Part shown: positions 10,159 through 18,000 of the stretch, piece after piece
Layout: each line of letters opens with the position of its first letter
Numbering within the stretch: position 1 is the stretch's first letter
Source: an uncultured Candidatus Bathyarchaeia archaeon
GTDB taxonomy: Archaea; Thermoproteota; Bathyarchaeia; 40CM-2-53-6; RBG-13-38-9
Direction: 5' to 3'
NCBI GenBank assembly: GCA_964480955.1
Contig: CAYZRW010000001.1
Span: forward strand, 49,650 to 113,649
Length of the DNA: 64,000 nt
Notes under the pieces: generated by a model
Told to the model about the DNA's origin: nothing
The model's database searches: none
Seen by the model: only the letters and a program-made list of their open reading frames with translations
Translations under genes and position numbers: made by a program

Positions 10159-10656
10159 TCATGTGGTGAGTTTGGGAACGATATTCCGGATGAAGAAGTC
10201 AAGCCCGTAGGTCGTTATTCTGTACTCGCCCTTGCCCACCCTCTCGACTAGACCTTCGGTGCACATCTCGCTTATTCTGCCGGCCACTGTTCCAGCAGCC
10301 TTCTTTGTGTAAGCTATCAAGTCTCCTATCAGGGCCTTGTCAGAATCTAGATGTTTGGTGATGTAGCCTACGTGAGCTTTGGAGAGGTTGAGCAGAATCA
10401 GTTCTCGGTCAGTCAAATGTTCGGTTGGGACTGTTACCACAACGCCTTCCAGTGTGAGTTTCATTATTTGGGAGCATGAGGAGAGGAGTTCCTCCTCGTC
10501 GACTGTTAGAGTTATCTTTGATATGAACTCGAGTTTGGGTATGTTCGCTGACATGAAGCTTATCAACTCACGGATCACCTCATTGACGTCTCCCCTGATC
10601 TTCTTCTCGAGGTCCCTGTATTTGATCGAGACCTCGACTGTCCTATCTTCGCTCAA
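10159..10656 (-). CDS. paralogue 2 of the tandem family
   Basis: 165 aa: MSEDRTVEVSIKYRDLEKKIRGD...GLVERVGKGEYRITTYGLDFF. Same architecture as its neighbours. Confidence 0.55.
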   Translation of the reverse strand: MSEDRTVEVSIKYRDLEKKIRGDVNEVIRELISFMSANIPKLEFISKITLTVDEEELLSSCSQIMKLTLEGVVVTVPTEHLTDRELILLNLSKAHVGYITKHLDSDKALIGDLIAYTKKAAGTVAGRISEMCTEGLVERVGKGEYRITTYGLDFFIRNIVPKLTT

Positions 10657-11122
10657 CCGCTACTCCTCCAGGCCTCATGGACTTGACCATGTTCTCTACC
10701 CAATGTTTTCCTGCTACCGTGAGTCTGTATGTGTCGCCCTCTTTGTAGGAGAAACCTTCACGTTTGAGTTCGCTGAGTCTGCTTGCGAATCCGACTGATA
10801 GGAATCCGCTGAGACTCAGGAGGCGACTGAGTTCTCTCGGCCTCACGCCTCTTGGGTCCATGGCGTAGAGCAGGATGCCGACCGCCTCTCTGTCGGTAAG
10901 TTTCTCTTTTGTGACTGTCAGGACCGGCCCTTCGGTTGTCACTTGGACTATTCCTGAGAGGATGTCCTTCTCCCCTACTGCGGCTGACTGGCTTGTAATC
11001 ATGCTGTCGATGACCTCGAGCCATTCAGGGAAGTCTTTCAGGCGGTCTATGATCTCGTCGAAGTTCTCGCCTTCCAGTTCTATGTCGCCGTAGCTTCTGT
11101 GGAGTACGAGCCTGACCTTCAA
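10643..11122 (-). CDS. paralogue 3 of the tandem family
   Basis: 159 aa: MKVRLVLHRSYGDIELEGENFDEI...GFSYKEGDTYRLTVAGKHWVEN. A TATA-like box lies 33-41 nt upstream. Confidence 0.55.
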   Translation of the reverse strand: MKVRLVLHRSYGDIELEGENFDEIIDRLKDFPEWLEVIDSMITSQSAAVGEKDILSGIVQVTTEGPVLTVTKEKLTDREAVGILLYAMDPRGVRPRELSRLLSLSGFLSVGFASRLSELKREGFSYKEGDTYRLTVAGKHWVENMVKSMRPGGVAVERR

Positions 11123-11154
11123 GTCGGTTCAGGATCTCTTTAGTCTACTGAAAA

Positions 11155-11163
11155 GTATATAAG
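11155..11163 (-). promoter_or_regulatory. TATA-box-like element upstream of paralogue 3 (archaeal promoter, near-leaderless)
   Basis: gtatataag lies 33-41 nt upstream of the ATG at 11122, consistent with an archaeal TATA centred at about -27 and a short leader. Confidence 0.35.
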
Positions 11164-11185
11164 TCTTGCCGTAAAGTTGGAAGTA

Positions 11186-11206
11186 TACGTAACGTTTAAC
11201 GTTTAC
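11186..11206. promoter_or_regulatory. tandem palindromic hexamers tACGTaACGTTtaACGTTtac between paralogues 4 and 3; candidate operator
   Basis: Two or three copies of the self-complementary AACGTT/ACGT spaced 7-8 nt apart in the 119-nt intergenic region. Confidence 0.3.
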
Positions 11207-11241
11207 AGAGAGCCTAACGAGGCCACTCAAGAGAAATAGAG

Positions 11242-11739
11242 TTACCGCAGCTTTCTGAGAACCTCATTCTCAACCCACTGTACACCGGCACCTGAGAGGG
11301 AGTACTTCCCGTTCTCAGCCACCAGTCGGCCCTCCCTTCTGAGTTCACTTGCTCTTGCCCTAACCGCTTCAGGCTTCATAGTCTTCCAGCTTGAGCTGAG
11401 GAGATTGCTTAACTCATCACATTCGATTGTTGCAGGTCGGGCTGCGTAGAGGATCAGTGCCAAAGCCTCCTTCGCCTTTAAGGTATCGACGGGAACCGTG
11501 AGCCTGGGTTTGCCTTCAGGTGTGAGCTCAACCACACCTTGTAGGGAGGGCGCGACTTGCATCTCTTGCCCCTCAAACTCAGAGAGCGTCTTTTGTAAAG
11601 AAGGTTGCTCACGGTCTGTTCTTGGGAGATTCTCCAAGAGCCTCTCGAAGCATTCTTTCACATATGTGAAGTTGCCTTCGAGCTCTACCTCATAATCCCC
11701 ACATCTTATTCGAAATCTCAAAGTCCTGTCTTCGCTCAA
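11242..11739 (-). CDS. paralogue 4 of the tandem family
   Basis: 165 aa: MSEDRTLRFRIRCGDYEVELEGNFTYVKECFERL...GRLVAENGKYSLSGAGVQWVENEV. It shares the MSEDRT N-terminus with paralogue 2. Confidence 0.55.
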   Translation of the reverse strand: MSEDRTLRFRIRCGDYEVELEGNFTYVKECFERLLENLPRTDREQPSLQKTLSEFEGQEMQVAPSLQGVVELTPEGKPRLTVPVDTLKAKEALALILYAARPATIECDELSNLLSSSWKTMKPEAVRARASELRREGRLVAENGKYSLSGAGVQWVENEVLRKLR

Positions 11740-12230
11740 CGGCTAATTTCTCCTATCTAGCTTCATCGCTGAGTTCTGAGTCACCAACTTAGCTACCAAG
11801 CTATATCAATAAAGGTCTTTTGCGGTCGCGCTGAAGATTTCTGGGGGTTAATCCATTTATTTTAATCGGGACCGTTCAGACTCCACATAGGCCCCCCGCA
11901 TAACTCAGCCTCATCCGCAGCAACTTAAGAGCGAATGCCGATGACTACGCCAATCTTCAAGCCAACTGCAGAAACCAAATCCTTCACAGTAAGAACGTTA
12001 TCTCAAGAGCCCAAATCCCAGTGACGGTCCCTAACGCTCTGCGGATTCGTCCAGTTTCATCAACCTCTTCAAGATATAGGCTCATGTTGCGCATATTCTA
12101 GACGAGTCCAGCAGAAAAATATTTGTGAAAGGCATGGAAGATTTGTGATCTAAGCCATTGTTTGCGCTTTACTTGCAGTGAACTCTGATAGCTGATCCGA
12201 GAGTGGCCGAGATCCTACGCATCAGGGTGC

Positions 12231-12449
12231 ATGGGACGGTTAGAAGTTAGGTGGAGTAAGATGTTGAGTGAGAGCCGACCAGGTCGACCGCGTCAACTTC
12301 CTTATGAGGGAAAACTCAGAAGAAGGACTGTTTGGTTGACGGAGAAGACTTGGCGACGAATCGAGGAGTGGTCACAGAGCAAAGGATGCGCCAGTATCAG
12401 TGAGGCTGTCAGGCAACTGGTGATGCGTGGGCTCGAAAGCCAGCAGTGA
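12231..12449 (+). CDS. ribbon-helix-helix (CopG/Arc-like) DNA-binding protein
   Basis: 72 aa: RRTVWLTEKTWRRIEEWSQSKGCASISEAVRQLVMRGLE is a beta-strand followed by two helices, the typical RHH fold. The real start may be the internal Met (MLSES...). Confidence 0.5.
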   Translation: MGRLEVRWSKMLSESRPGRPRQLPYEGKLRRRTVWLTEKTWRRIEEWSQSKGCASISEAVRQLVMRGLESQQ

Positions 12450-12577
12450 TTTGGGTCAGCCAGCCTCCTACGTTTTGCCACAAGTTTCAAAACGGATTAG
12501 TCTAGGAAGAGGCTTGGTAAGACCTAGCTCACTCAGAAAAACTCTTTATCTTGACCTAGTACCAAATATCGAGGCAT

Positions 12578-12717
12578 GCGGCCGTAGTCTAGATGTGCGG
12601 TCTGGAGTAGCCCGAAGACCCAGAGCACAGGACAACCTGGTCTAGGACATTGGCCTTCCATGATCAACATACAGTCGAAGCAAGCCAACGACCCGGGTTC
12701 GAATCCCGGCGGCCGCA
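12578..12717 (+). tRNA. tRNA-Gly(UCC) containing two introns: 43 nt in the D-loop and 22 nt at 37/38
   Basis: Exons GCGGCCGTAGTCTAG (12578-12592), CCTGGTCTAGGACATTGGCCTTCCA (12636-12660) and AGCCAACGACCCGGGTTCGAATCCCGGCGGCCGCA (12683-12717) assemble into a 75-nt cloverleaf. Acceptor stem GCGGCCG/CGGCCGC. D-stem GTCT/GGAC with D-loop AGCCTGGTCTA. Anticodon stem TTGGC/GCCAA with loop CTTCCAA (anticodon UCC). Variable loop CGAC. T-arm CCGGG-TTCGAAT-CCCGG. Discriminator A. CCA is not encoded. Confidence 0.65.
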
Positions 12718-12724
12718 CACCACT
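12704..12724 (+). repeat. attL core (overlaps the tRNA-Gly 3' end)
   Basis: Near-identical to 24348-24366. Similarity continues weakly downstream (GCAATGAA.TAG). Confidence 0.65.
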
Positions 12725-12842
12725 AGCAATGAATAGATACCACTCTGGGAAATGTGGGGTCTTGAAGTAAATCGCGCATTAGGGACAACGCTGCTTCTGG
12801 TCTTTAAATGGCAGCTTATATACGCTTAGACCACTTGTCAAA

Positions 12843-13565
12843 TTGTGTGTCTCACTCATGTGGTTGGGAAGCACTTTCTACAGAAACTGTGACATTGTTG
12901 TTCTTGCACTTTATCCGTTAGTCTCTATACCAGTAGTTACCTTGTTGCTGAGGATAGTTGAGATACCGACAGCAGCACTAATCTGGCTCACCTTCACGAC
13001 AATAATCATAATGGGTTGGCAGTCGTTGCGTGAAACTCATGAAATCGTGATTCTTCCGAATATTACTATATATGGAATTCGAAGGGGTGCGGGTTCGGCA
13101 GCGTTTGAGTCTCCGGTTAGGGCTCGTCAATCTAGACTCACATTCATCCATCGGGCAATACGTCGACCTTTGCTGAAGACAGAGGAATTTGGTCTTATGG
13201 ATCACTATGTTGTCACTTTTGATATTGGAAATGTTGGCTTTCACGACGTTACTCTACATGAGTACTTTGTGGAGAAGGAGGAACCATCTCCCAAAAGCAA
13301 AGTTACAGGATTGATACCTCTTTTTGGCGATATAGGTCAAAGAAAGATACTGCACAATGGAGAAAGAATAACTGGACAGTTCGGTTTACAGATTCAAGAT
13401 GATTGTCTTACTGTTTTCCGGATAAACATCATATGTGTTGGACTCGAGGCGTCTAGAAGGTTATACGTTCTCAAGAAAGGAGATAGGTTGCAGTACTTTG
13501 ACGCTGCAAGAAAAATTGGTCTGAATCGTCAGAAGACAGAAAGAGCTTTACTGTCAAAGTCATAG
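12843..13565 (+). CDS. hypothetical membrane-anchored protein (element cargo)
   Basis: 240 aa with two N-terminal TM helices then a soluble domain. AT-rich codon usage. No recognisable motifs. Confidence 0.35.
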   Translation: MCVSLMWLGSTFYRNCDIVVLALYPLVSIPVVTLLLRIVEIPTAALIWLTFTTIIIMGWQSLRETHEIVILPNITIYGIRRGAGSAAFESPVRARQSRLTFIHRAIRRPLLKTEEFGLMDHYVVTFDIGNVGFHDVTLHEYFVEKEEPSPKSKVTGLIPLFGDIGQRKILHNGERITGQFGLQIQDDCLTVFRINIICVGLEASRRLYVLKKGDRLQYFDAARKIGLNRQKTERALLSKS

Positions 13566-13586
13566 AGAGTGGCCCAAGCGTGTACG

Positions 13587-15005
13587 CTATTTACCTGCCA
13601 GAATCTCCTTTTTCAACGTCTCTTTCAATTCTCTGCTCAGTAGTTGAATCTCGTAGGCTTCTCTCTCACCTGCTGAGACACAGATCCTATGTGGTTCAGC
13701 TAACGCTTCCCTAGTCAGTATCTTTTCAGGGTCAAGACCCATACCTCTAGTAAAGGTCTTCAGCATCTCAATCTTCGAAACTTTGGTTTTGGGTCTAATA
13801 CTGAGACCAGAAGCAGAGTAGACGTTTCTCAGAAACTCAATGCCCTTCATCTGGATGTCATGGTAGGTATCGATAGTGTGACCCATCATGTAATCAACAT
13901 AGTCTGATTGAACTCCCAAAGCCATGAGTTGAGTCTTGAAGAACTTCCGAATACTATGCACCTTCAGGTCGTAGACTCTGCCCCTATTGGGCTTCAAGAG
14001 TCCTGCTTTGAAATACAATCCATGTACTAGCTGGTAGATCTGCTTCTCACCAATCGGCTTAGGAGTTCCCGAATTTGCATCCTTTATCAAGGGTGAATCA
14101 TCTGTGATGTCTTCGGGAGGGATCTTGCCGTCTGGTGAACCCTTCCGTCTAGTCTCCAAGTAGAGCTTCAGATATTCCACAGCTTCTTGGCCTAGAAATG
14201 TGTCATAATCGTGATACTTGCCTTTGGTTATGTCTGCCTCAACATGAATGTGAAGAGGGACTATCCCACGTTCCAGATCCTCTTTGACATGACCGTAAGT
14301 CAGCTTGATTAGGGTACCTTCTCTGAAGCCCCCCAGAGCCAGCAACGAGATTATGACTTTCTCACGGAGATCCGCTATGTCTAGTAGCTTTGCGAGTTCT
14401 TCAGGCCTTGGAGCCCGGTCCTTTCTGATGGTTCTCCGTTGTAGTGGGAAGGGGAGTTTTAGATCGATTCCGTGAACGCGGTATAGTGCTCTGATAGCCT
14501 TGACGTAGTTGCATATTCTGCATGGTGCAAGTCCTTCGTCTTGAAGTTCTGCGACAAATCGCTCTAGAGCTTTGATATGTTCTTGGAGTCTTTCATGTCT
14601 TACTTGTCCCTCTTCATTCTTCATATTACCGACAAGTTCGTCGGGGGTTAGATTGAGATAGTTGCAGTATCGTGTGATACAGTCTACATACAAGTAGAGT
14701 GTCTTGGGGCTGCCTGTCCTATACCTTAGAAGGTAGTTAGCAAGATTCTGTAATGCGAGGTTCTGAAATACATATGGGATCAGTCGAGGTCGTTCCCTCA
14801 GAAGAGAAGTGATGATATACTTGACAAGCCCCTTCTGGCTTACTGCCCTTAGATCCTCAAGAGGAACCTGAACTGGTGTTTTGAGTCTAGACCCTTCAGA
14901 ACTGTACTCTAACAGGAAACTGGTGTCTTCAATTCTCCCGAGACTCGTTAGAAACGGGAGGTCCTCAAGTGTAAGCATCCTTTCTTTCAAGATGAGTTCT
15001 GTCAA
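13587..15005 (-). CDS. int: tyrosine recombinase / integrase (intact, non-partitioning type)
   Basis: 472 aa. C-terminal catalytic region has HSIRKF (HxxR) ... GHTIDTYHD (nucleophile Tyr). It is adjacent to the tRNA att site. Confidence 0.75.
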   Translation of the reverse strand: MTELILKERMLTLEDLPFLTSLGRIEDTSFLLEYSSEGSRLKTPVQVPLEDLRAVSQKGLVKYIITSLLRERPRLIPYVFQNLALQNLANYLLRYRTGSPKTLYLYVDCITRYCNYLNLTPDELVGNMKNEEGQVRHERLQEHIKALERFVAELQDEGLAPCRICNYVKAIRALYRVHGIDLKLPFPLQRRTIRKDRAPRPEELAKLLDIADLREKVIISLLALGGFREGTLIKLTYGHVKEDLERGIVPLHIHVEADITKGKYHDYDTFLGQEAVEYLKLYLETRRKGSPDGKIPPEDITDDSPLIKDANSGTPKPIGEKQIYQLVHGLYFKAGLLKPNRGRVYDLKVHSIRKFFKTQLMALGVQSDYVDYMMGHTIDTYHDIQMKGIEFLRNVYSASGLSIRPKTKVSKIEMLKTFTRGMGLDPEKILTREALAEPHRICVSAGEREAYEIQLLSRELKETLKKEILAGK

Positions 15006-15119
15006 GGGTTATCGCCATATGTCGAGGGCTCTTGTGTACTTGTGTACAAGAGTATGAAAGTGTAGAAACCTAGATATAAACGCCTTGGTACACCTATCCT
15101 TAGGTACAAGGGAGCATAA

Positions 15120-15281
15120 ATGGCTCGCTGGCACGTGATAATTCCAGACGACCTTGACAAGAAGTTCCGAATGAGGGTTCTGGAGGAATATGGAAGTGAG
15201 AAGGGTGCTCTTAGTAAGGCCGTAGCCGAGGCTATTGATCTCTGGTTGAAACAGAGAGAATCAATGCCTAAGAAATGGTAG
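15120..15281 (+). CDS. small ribbon-helix-helix protein (53 aa), missed by the >=60 aa ORF track
   Basis: ATG at 15120: MARWHVIIPDDLDKKFRMRVLEEYGSEKGALSKAVAEAIDLWLKQRESMPKKW. This is a beta-strand plus two helices, as in CopG/Arc/MetJ. Preferred over the antisense ORF 15002..15298. Confidence 0.5.
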   Translation: MARWHVIIPDDLDKKFRMRVLEEYGSEKGALSKAVAEAIDLWLKQRESMPKKW

Positions 15282-15284
15282 CTT

Positions 15285-15545
15285 CTAGACGACTTCACGC
15301 ATCTCCAATATGGCTTTCTTTAGTATTGCGAGTCCACTTGATCTAATCCTAGCATTCTTTGGTGGATTTGGCTCAGAGAATCGCTCCCAGACTAGGCGAA
15401 TGAAATCATCACCCTCGTAGTCAAGCCAACCGACACATTCACGGGTCCAAGGCCGATATTCTGAGGAGTCTGAGTCTTTGAATAATACATGATCTCTGTA
15501 GCGCACATAGAACAGTGACCCCGACTTCTTCTTCTGTACCAACAA
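15285..15545 (-). CDS. hypothetical protein (element)
   Basis: 86-aa ORF placed between the helicase-module gene and the RHH gene. No motifs. Confidence 0.3.
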   Translation of the reverse strand: MLVQKKKSGSLFYVRYRDHVLFKDSDSSEYRPWTRECVGWLDYEGDDFIRLVWERFSEPNPPKNARIRSSGLAILKKAILEMREVV

Positions 15546-15558
15546 TAATCGCCCAGCC

Positions 15559-16380
15559 TTACTTGGTCAGCCTCCAATAGCCATCAGGATCCTTGGCCAG
15601 TAACCCCTCATCTTGAAACCTCTTCAGATAGCCCTCGGCCTTGGTGCGGTCTCCAGTCACCTTCATAGCTTGCTCGACAGCATAGTCCCAGCTCATGGGG
15701 CCCTTCACAGTTCGAAGTCTTCCGAGAACAAGGTCACGGACAGAATACTCCTCGTCTTTGCAGTTAAGCGGTGGTGCAGAGGATCTAGAGGCTGTAGATG
15801 TTTCCGGAAGGGTAGTTTCTACGTTGAAAGAGCTGTCAGAAGGCTCCCCTATCTTCCCTTTATTGCTCAGTTGCTCAGAATGCTCAGAACCAAGTGATGT
15901 TTCCCCTATGTGATCTCTGAGCAACTGAGCATCTGAGCAACTTTTAGGGGATATGAGGGTACTCAAAGTTTCAGTTCTTTTGACGTCATAGGTCGCGGCT
16001 AGCCGGTCGATGAGATCCCTATCGGTGACGATTGCGTAGCTACCTTTTGCATCAGGCATTCTAGCCTTTTTGAAACCGAGGCGAGCCAGAATCCAACCGA
16101 CTTTCTGAGGTTTGATACTGTCTTTCTCATCTCGCTCCTCGTTCACCTCTTCCGTGATAGCTTTGATAGGCAAGCGATCTCCCACGACTTGATCTAGACA
16201 TGTCACTATTGCTCGCACCACTTCTGCCTCTAAGCTGCTGGCTTCCTCTTCCCGCTGTTCTTGAAAGACGCCTAAAGCAAAGTCTTTGAGTTCGTCTTGG
16301 ATCTCATCGCTTGGAGCCACTTTGAGAAGGGCGTGGAAGATCTCGCCAACCCGACCATAGCGGTTCATGGTTTCGAACAT
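15559..16380 (-). CDS. hypothetical protein with C-terminal winged-helix domain; probable partner or C-terminal module of the SF3-like replication protein
   Basis: 273 aa. C-terminal YSVRDLVLGRLRTVKGPMSWDYAVEQAMKVTGDRTKAEGYLKRFQDEGLL. It directly follows ORF 16381..17112 (stop and start are adjacent). It contains an internal octamer repeat array. Confidence 0.4.
   Translation of the reverse strand: MFETMNRYGRVGEIFHALLKVAPSDEIQDELKDFALGVFQEQREEEASSLEAEVVRAIVTCLDQVVGDRLPIKAITEEVNEERDEKDSIKPQKVGWILARLGFKKARMPDAKGSYAIVTDRDLIDRLAATYDVKRTETLSTLISPKSCSDAQLLRDHIGETSLGSEHSEQLSNKGKIGEPSDSSFNVETTLPETSTASRSSAPPLNCKDEEYSVRDLVLGRLRTVKGPMSWDYAVEQAMKVTGDRTKAEGYLKRFQDEGLLAKDPDGYWRLTK
15862..15943. repeat. 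iteron-like array: three (T/A)TGCTCAG octamers, a ~25-bp spacer, then three inverted copies
   Basis: attGCTCAGttGCTCAGaatGCTCAGaacc ... tctCTGAGCaaCTGAGCatCTGAGCaactt. Located inside the coding sequence of the putative replication-module gene. Confidence 0.45.
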
Positions 16381-17112
16381 CTATGGTGTCCTCTCCTCGA
16401 ATTTTCGAAAACGGTAGCGGAGCAGTTTGCTTCTGAGAGTTTGAGCCCAAGCTAAGTCGATCTTCATAGGGATCTCACGTTGGTTTCGAACCATTCGGAT
16501 GAAGATACATCTAGATCCAAGTGAGTCGGGTGGCTGCCGAGTTCCTGCCAAGACTTTCGGTGAGAAAACCTTGTAGATGATAAGTTCAGAACCGGAGTCG
16601 CTTTCCCTTGGGCGTCTAGGGACAACTGAGCCTCTGCGGTAACCTGCATTAAAGAGGCCATCCAACTCGTTTCTTGTCTCTTTGGGCCAGAACTCGTAGT
16701 TGTCCGCTAGAAGAGTTGGACAGTAACGGTCAACAACCCAGAATACGACGGCTGGAGTCGGATGTGTGATATGCCAGCCTCGAAAGCAGAGCTGCGCGAG
16801 AACCTCTAAGGCTTTTGTCTTCCCTGTATTCTTTGGGCCGAGGAAGTCAAGGTAGGGTACAGCCTCAAACTCTTCAATCCTCCATGTCATGAGGATGAAG
16901 CAACTCATAACGGTGTAGCACTTCTTCTCTCGTAGCTCAAGATAATGTTGGTTGAACTCGCGGACCTCCTTGAAGAGCTCCAGGTCCGAGCCGTAATCGA
17001 TTGGAGAGCCCGGCAAAGGCCAAAGCGGCTGCTTCAACGGAACAAGGATTCCCTCATCCTGAGTGCCCGGGAATTGAATGTCGTCACGTGTTTGCCAAGA
17101 GCCGTCAGACAT
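16381..17112 (-). CDS. P-loop NTPase, SF3-helicase-like (plasmid/viral replication-protein type)
   Basis: 243 aa. Walker A FLGPKNTGKTKA resembles the SF3 GPPNTGKS/T. A downstream hydrophobic-D (VVFWVVDRY) and LLADNYE are possible B and C motifs. Confidence 0.45.
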   Translation of the reverse strand: MSDGSWQTRDDIQFPGTQDEGILVPLKQPLWPLPGSPIDYGSDLELFKEVREFNQHYLELREKKCYTVMSCFILMTWRIEEFEAVPYLDFLGPKNTGKTKALEVLAQLCFRGWHITHPTPAVVFWVVDRYCPTLLADNYEFWPKETRNELDGLFNAGYRRGSVVPRRPRESDSGSELIIYKVFSPKVLAGTRQPPDSLGSRCIFIRMVRNQREIPMKIDLAWAQTLRSKLLRYRFRKFEERTP

Positions 17113-17361
17113 CTTCTCGTGGATAGCATAGTAGCCGCCACAACCGGGGATCTTTATCTGCTCTACTATCGTTAATTGCCAGATCCCGCCAGGAGACTCT
17201 GTTCTTCGTGGCTGCTCCTCATTGCCAGAACGTTCATTACCCTGCCTTCGGCTTCTAGATATCTTAGCTCACCTTCCTTGCTGGCTGCAGGGTGTGTTGA
17301 GCCGAGGTTAGGAGCGGCCGCGAACCTTTCCTAACCTCCATTTTATTCGTCATTGTTCATG

Positions 17362-17715
17362 TCAACCGAATCTCGAGATTAACTTGTTATTTGGACCTGA
17401 GAACTTGTACTGTCTGCCATGAAGTTCCGTACTTCCACCATTCCTTGCCAACATATCAACGAGCATTTGAGCGACTGGGTGGTTTAAGTTGCGAAAGATC
17501 CAAGCTCCTTTACCGGATCTGAATGATTTCCAAGGGAGCTCCTCGGGGGTCTCTTTTGTAAACTCAGTTTTACCAATCATCTCAGGTGGAGATTCCTTGA
17601 TATTCTTCTCAATCTTCTCTAGCTCGCCAAGACATTCCTCCAGTTGCTGTCGAATTGATTGGATAATCGATAGCGCGATTTCAGACAACTTCAGTCTCAC
17701 CTTGTTTTTGACCAC
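17362..17715 (-). CDS. hypothetical protein (element)
   Basis: 117 aa with a coiled-coil-like N-terminus. No motifs. Confidence 0.3.
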   Translation of the reverse strand: MVKNKVRLKLSEIALSIIQSIRQQLEECLGELEKIEKNIKESPPEMIGKTEFTKETPEELPWKSFRSGKGAWIFRNLNHPVAQMLVDMLARNGGSTELHGRQYKFSGPNNKLISRFG

Positions 17716-17920
17716 CTTCGCTCTTTGTTATACTCGGAATTGTCGGTGCGTAGATACCGAGCGCCTTCTTCTCCTCTGGGCTGAGGTAGGAAAGTTTAGC
17801 TAACTCTATCTTGACGGCTCTGCGGACTAGATCGCTTACATCCTCGCCTCTGGCTTCTACAACTTTGCGGAGGACCGTGAGTGTCCTTGGATCGAACCTT
17901 ACCACAATCTGGTTAGCCAT
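17681..17920 (-). CDS. ribbon-helix-helix protein (80 aa from the internal ATG)
   Basis: MANQIVVRFDPRTLTVLRKVVEARGEDVSDLVRRAVKIELAKL. GGAGG lies 7 nt upstream of the ATG at 17920. The longer ORF N-terminus has no support. Confidence 0.5.
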   Translation of the reverse strand: MANQIVVRFDPRTLTVLRKVVEARGEDVSDLVRRAVKIELAKLSYLSPEEKKALGIYAPTIPSITKSEGGQKQGETEVV

Positions 17921-18000
17921 TATTGCATTCCTCCGCAATGCCTTTGTATGCGAGGTATTTAGAGAATGAACACAGTTTACGACTAGCTTAAGGTGGTCGT

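Noticed and set aside
11760-12230. 470-bp non-coding stretch upstream of the RHH gene as a possible ncRNA or CRISPR leader
   Set aside because: No recognisable structure or repeats. It is more likely a promoter region or decayed remnant of an older insertion. Nothing supports a specific call.
12693-12709. Similarity of the tRNA T-arm stem (CCGGG/CCCGG) to tRNA-Pyl
   Set aside because: The T-loop is the canonical TTCGAAT, the anticodon is UCC, and the full cloverleaf fits tRNA-Gly. The similarity is coincidental.
15002-15298. Minus-strand ORF 15002..15298 (98 aa)
   Set aside because: It overlaps the integrase start and is antisense to a well-formed 53-aa RHH gene (15120..15281) that has a proper fold signature. 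The RHH gene is preferred.
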